Positions 60,715-64,000 of a DNA stretch of 64,000 bases are shown piece after piece. Within the stretch, counting starts at the first letter, position 1; each line of letters starts with the position of its first letter. The notes under the pieces are model-generated. The model did no database searches. It worked only from the letters and a program-made list of their open reading frames with translations, and was not told the origin of the DNA. The translations under genes and the position numbers were made by a program. This DNA comes from Ministeria vibrans ATCC 50519 (Eukaryota; Protista; Filasterea). The stretch lies in assembly GCA_943704425.1 (NCBI GenBank), contig CALSCP010001168.1, positions 52,717 through 116,716 of the forward strand, read 5' to 3'.

Positions 60715-62259
60715 TTACCATTCGTAAACCCAGGCGTATGATGTGACGGTGGACACGGACGGGTTGCCAACGGTAATGCCACCATGCTCGGTGACACACT
60801 TGAGGCCCGTTGATGGGTCGTTGGCGTCGCCATTGCGCCAGCGCATTTGAAAGCCATTTTTGAAGACAATGGGATCCATTTCCTACAGTGAGGAGATGAG
60901 TACGGTATACGACAGGGAAAAGTGTGGTAGGAGGGGATTTTCTCCTCACATGATAGCGGTAAGCGCTCCACGAGACACCATCAGTTGTGTTGAGATGCGT
61001 GAAGCCGGCGACCGGGAAGTCAAACTGGCCTGCGTCAAAATAGTACGCCGAGTCATAGTAGTCCTAAAGATTAATTATTATTATTATTATGATATGCACA
61101 AGGCGGGCGCGCGTGATGGTCCGACGATGGTCCTTCACAATCTCTTCCTGCTCTCCTACCTCGGTTCCTGTCGAGAGAATGATGCCAGGGAAAGACGCAT
61201 CATGAGGAGTGTACATGTGATAGCAGCCTAAGTGAGTGCGAGAAGGTGGGCCGTCAATTTGGAATGGAAACATTTCGGAAGCATGCGGAGACTCTAGACC
61301 TTCAAGAAAGTTGAGATTCTTTGAGTTGACAAAGAGAGCGTGCATAAACAGCATTCCCGACTTATTTTGGGGCGCATCAACAACATTGTAGTACTCGAGC
61401 GGTTGAAGCTCAATGTTCTCCTGGCGGTAGAGATTCATGCGGGCGCTTGTGGGCAGCTGTACGTCTCCGATCACAATAGGAACATTTTCGGCGCCACGGA
61501 TAACTACAAAAATGAGACAGAAAGAGATGAGGGGAGAGAGAGAGAGAGAGCGAGAGCGCGAGAGTGAGTGTATGTTGTGATGTAAAAAGTATGTCTGTGT
61601 GTGCTAAGTATGTGTGTCTGTGTGTGTAATGAGTATGTGCTTTGTATGTGCTTATTGCACATATAGATTAGCTATATATTATCGAAAGTAAGTTAGGACT
61701 TCGGTTGCGAAGAACGTACTGCAGTAGAAGGCACATCCTTTGGGATCATCGGTTGTCGCCGTCACACGCAGACGCTTGCCAAAAGGAATCTTGTAGTTCA
61801 TGTTAATAGCCCCTGATTTAGCACCTTTGCCGGCCCATTTTGTGCCCCAAATCGGCGCTTTATCGCCTGAAGTGAAACAATGACAACTGAAACAAAACAA
61901 AACAAACTGAAAAACACATACCTGGCCAGAGACCGATAGCATGGGCAGGAGCAAACATGAACATGGTGTCATCAATGTACCACTTGAACGTGACACCGTC
62001 AATGGCGGGCGCAGAGCCCTACACGAGAAATTATTTGACGAAGAGGATAAACAAAAACATTTGCACTCACCGTCGTCCAGAAGTGTGTGACGACACCGAA
62101 ACCACCAGGAGTTTGAACAGAATAGTCGATTATCTCGCGTTCCACATTGGGTTTGAGCCAGGCTGAGCTCAGGCCCGTGCCAAAGGTGACAATGTCGTCA
62201 GCGTTGGCTGCGCGCGCAACGCCGCACACAGCCGCCAAAATGAGGCAGAGAAGTCGCAT
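60715..62259 (-). CDS. Secreted DUF2961 / GH172-like protein
   Basis: Signal peptide MRLLCLILAAVCGVARA; VVTHFWTT, KIPFGKRLRVT, NFLEG, STGTEDYYDSAYYFDAGQF, WSAYR, ends SYAWVYEW. Confidence 0.7.
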
Positions 62260-62404
62260 CTGTGATCTGGTATCAGGCTAATAAAGTAATTAGTGAATAG
62301 TGATAACTGTTAAACTATTCACTATAATACTGTTTGTCATTATCTGTGTGTTTGGTTTCTTTATTCTACAAAGGGAGGTATTCAATGTTGTTGATTCGTT
62401 CGCT

Positions 62405-64000
62405 TCACTGAGCGCCCTTCTTCTTCATGGCCAAGAGTAGCGGGCGTTTCTTGGTCTCGTAGCGATCCCTGCATCAACATGTGTTCGCTTAGAACAATAT
62501 AGAACGAGAAAGAAAAAAAGAAAAAAAGAAAACAAAAACACACACACAGACACAAATAGAAAAGAAAATCACTTCTACTGACCTGAGTTCATGCATGTCA
62601 GTTCCCATTGTGTCGTCAAGCGTTTTTAATGCATTGAGCAGCTCGTCCAATCGCATGTTTGTCATCTGCATACAAAGAGCGAGTCAACACACACACATCA
62701 CACGCACACCACTCATCAGAGGTCGTACGTTAGCGCCGAGTTGCTCGTCCAAAGGAACCTCCTTCTTGGTGGTCCGCGAGGCAGCCTTTTCCTCCTACAC
62801 CACGCAAGTGGAACAGCGCAATGAGAATCACAAGAAAAGAATGAAGGGGGAGATAGGGTACCTCGACCTCCTGCTTGATGGTGGAAAAGAACTGCATAAA
62901 GGAGGGTTTGGGGAGCCCGGCGGCCTGGGAGGGGCCGGGAGCAGTGTCGGTCATAACAGCCGTGCCCGACTCGACCATCGTGTCGGAGACAACCATTGTC
63001 CCCATAATCATCGTCTGCAACGACACAGGGTTAGTTACAGGCAAACGGTTTCACTTGTGCACCCACACTCTTACGTCGTTTTGCAGCATGGTGCCACTGA
63101 TGACGGTCGTGCCAAAGTCTTCTTCACCCACCTCGGACGGCTCCTCCTTCTGTCGTTCCTTCTCTTTCTTCTCCTTCTCTTTGCGCTCTTTCTCCTTCTG
63201 TGCCTTCTCCGCCTTGTCTGCTGCGGCCGCTGCTGCTTTGGCCTTCTTGGAGTGCCCTGTTGTCTTTGGTGGCTCTGGTGACACCGGAGGAGGCGCCTCC
63301 TACAAGCAAGCAAGAGAAAAACAAAAAAGTTGGGATAAATCGACATAAAGATAGAGAAAGTCAAGTGATAGAGAGAGAAAGTAGCAAATTAGTGATGGAG
63401 AGAGAGGAGGGGAAAAGAATCAAAGTGATAGAGAGAGAAACAAAGTGATAGAGAAAGAGAAACAACGTGATAGAGAGAAAGAGAAATAAAATGATAGAGA
63501 GAAAGAGAGAGGAAGGGAGAAAGAGACAAAGTGATAGAGAGATACAAAAATAAGAGAAAGAAGTAAAAAGTAGAAAAAAAAAGCGTGTGAGAGAGAGAGA
63601 GAGTCGGTCAGAACACAATAGCTTTTGTGTGGTTGCGTTTACAATCTCTTCGTCGTCTTCGTAGTCGAGGCCCTTCGTCTCAATGATGTGTGCCGCCTCG
63701 CTAACCATACTGGAGAGCACCGAAGGGTCCGTGGCGGCGACGACCAAGGCGTGTTGCAAGAGGGTGGCTGCGTCGGCGCGCATCGCCGGGTTCTTGACGA
63801 CGCATTGCGCAAGAAAGTCAGCCATTTCAGGTGAGTGTTTGCATGTCAGCGTTGGCGGCGGCCGTGTGGGAATCATAAAGATTGCCTAAAACAACAATGC
63901 GATGATGATATTAGCGTGAACAACAACTAAGAAAAACGAGAAAGAACAACGACAACAACAATGCGATGATGATATTAGCGTGAACAACAACTAAGAAAAA
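62405..64000 (-). CDS. STK3: STE20-family kinase Hippo/MST1-2, 3' part (kinase C-lobe end to SARAH domain)
   Basis: AIFMIPTRPPPTL..SPEMADFLAQCVVKNPAMRADAATLLQH, repeated GTMV motifs, PSFMQFF, SARAH LDELLNALKTLDDTMGTDMHELR|.RYETKKRPLLLAMKKK. Confidence 0.88.
63360..63545. repeat. Degenerate AAAGTGATAGAGAG minisatellite in a Hippo intron
   Basis: Direct reading of the sequence. Confidence 0.85.

Overview
Gene-dense, intron-rich eukaryotic nuclear DNA with about 27 spliced protein-coding genes, microsatellite-filled introns and three N gaps. No rRNA, tRNA, CRISPR array or recognisable transposon was seen. Gene content points by inference to a flagellated unicellular holozoan: nuclear NDUFS2, Hippo/MST with SARAH, an IRS-PTB adaptor with a Tyr-rich tail, a BTK zinc motif, AGTRAP, a fused nitrile hydratase, BBS4 and CEP135. 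Housekeeping genes include MUTYH, PEX14, NDUFS2, NDUFS6, PSMA2, PSMB1, IVD, myosin-IE/F, DDX49, TIM9 and a Kv-beta-type aldo-keto reductase. The best leads appear only after manual splicing: (1) a TERB2-like meiotic telomere-bouquet domain protein, in the same window as RNF212/Zip3-like and PCH2/TRIP13 genes; (2) a protein with four copies of an apparently undescribed 'HMP..Y..GRPS' domain, each split by an intron at the same position, plus a UBZ-like finger and a TFIIIC-large-subunit-like C-terminus; (3) a CCDC61/SAS-6-family head domain fused to Sel1 repeats; (4) a PH-BTK-PTB-phosphotyrosine-tail adaptor (Tec/Dok chimera); (5) a beta-alpha fused Co-type nitrile hydratase with a mitochondrial-type presequence, 34 bp head-to-head from NDUFS2. 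At window scale, 22 genes form 11 tight divergent pairs, and a strand-polarised CTCTATCACTTTGTTTC motif is amplified in many introns. All homology calls are by eye from recalled family motifs, not from database searches, and exon boundaries are manual.
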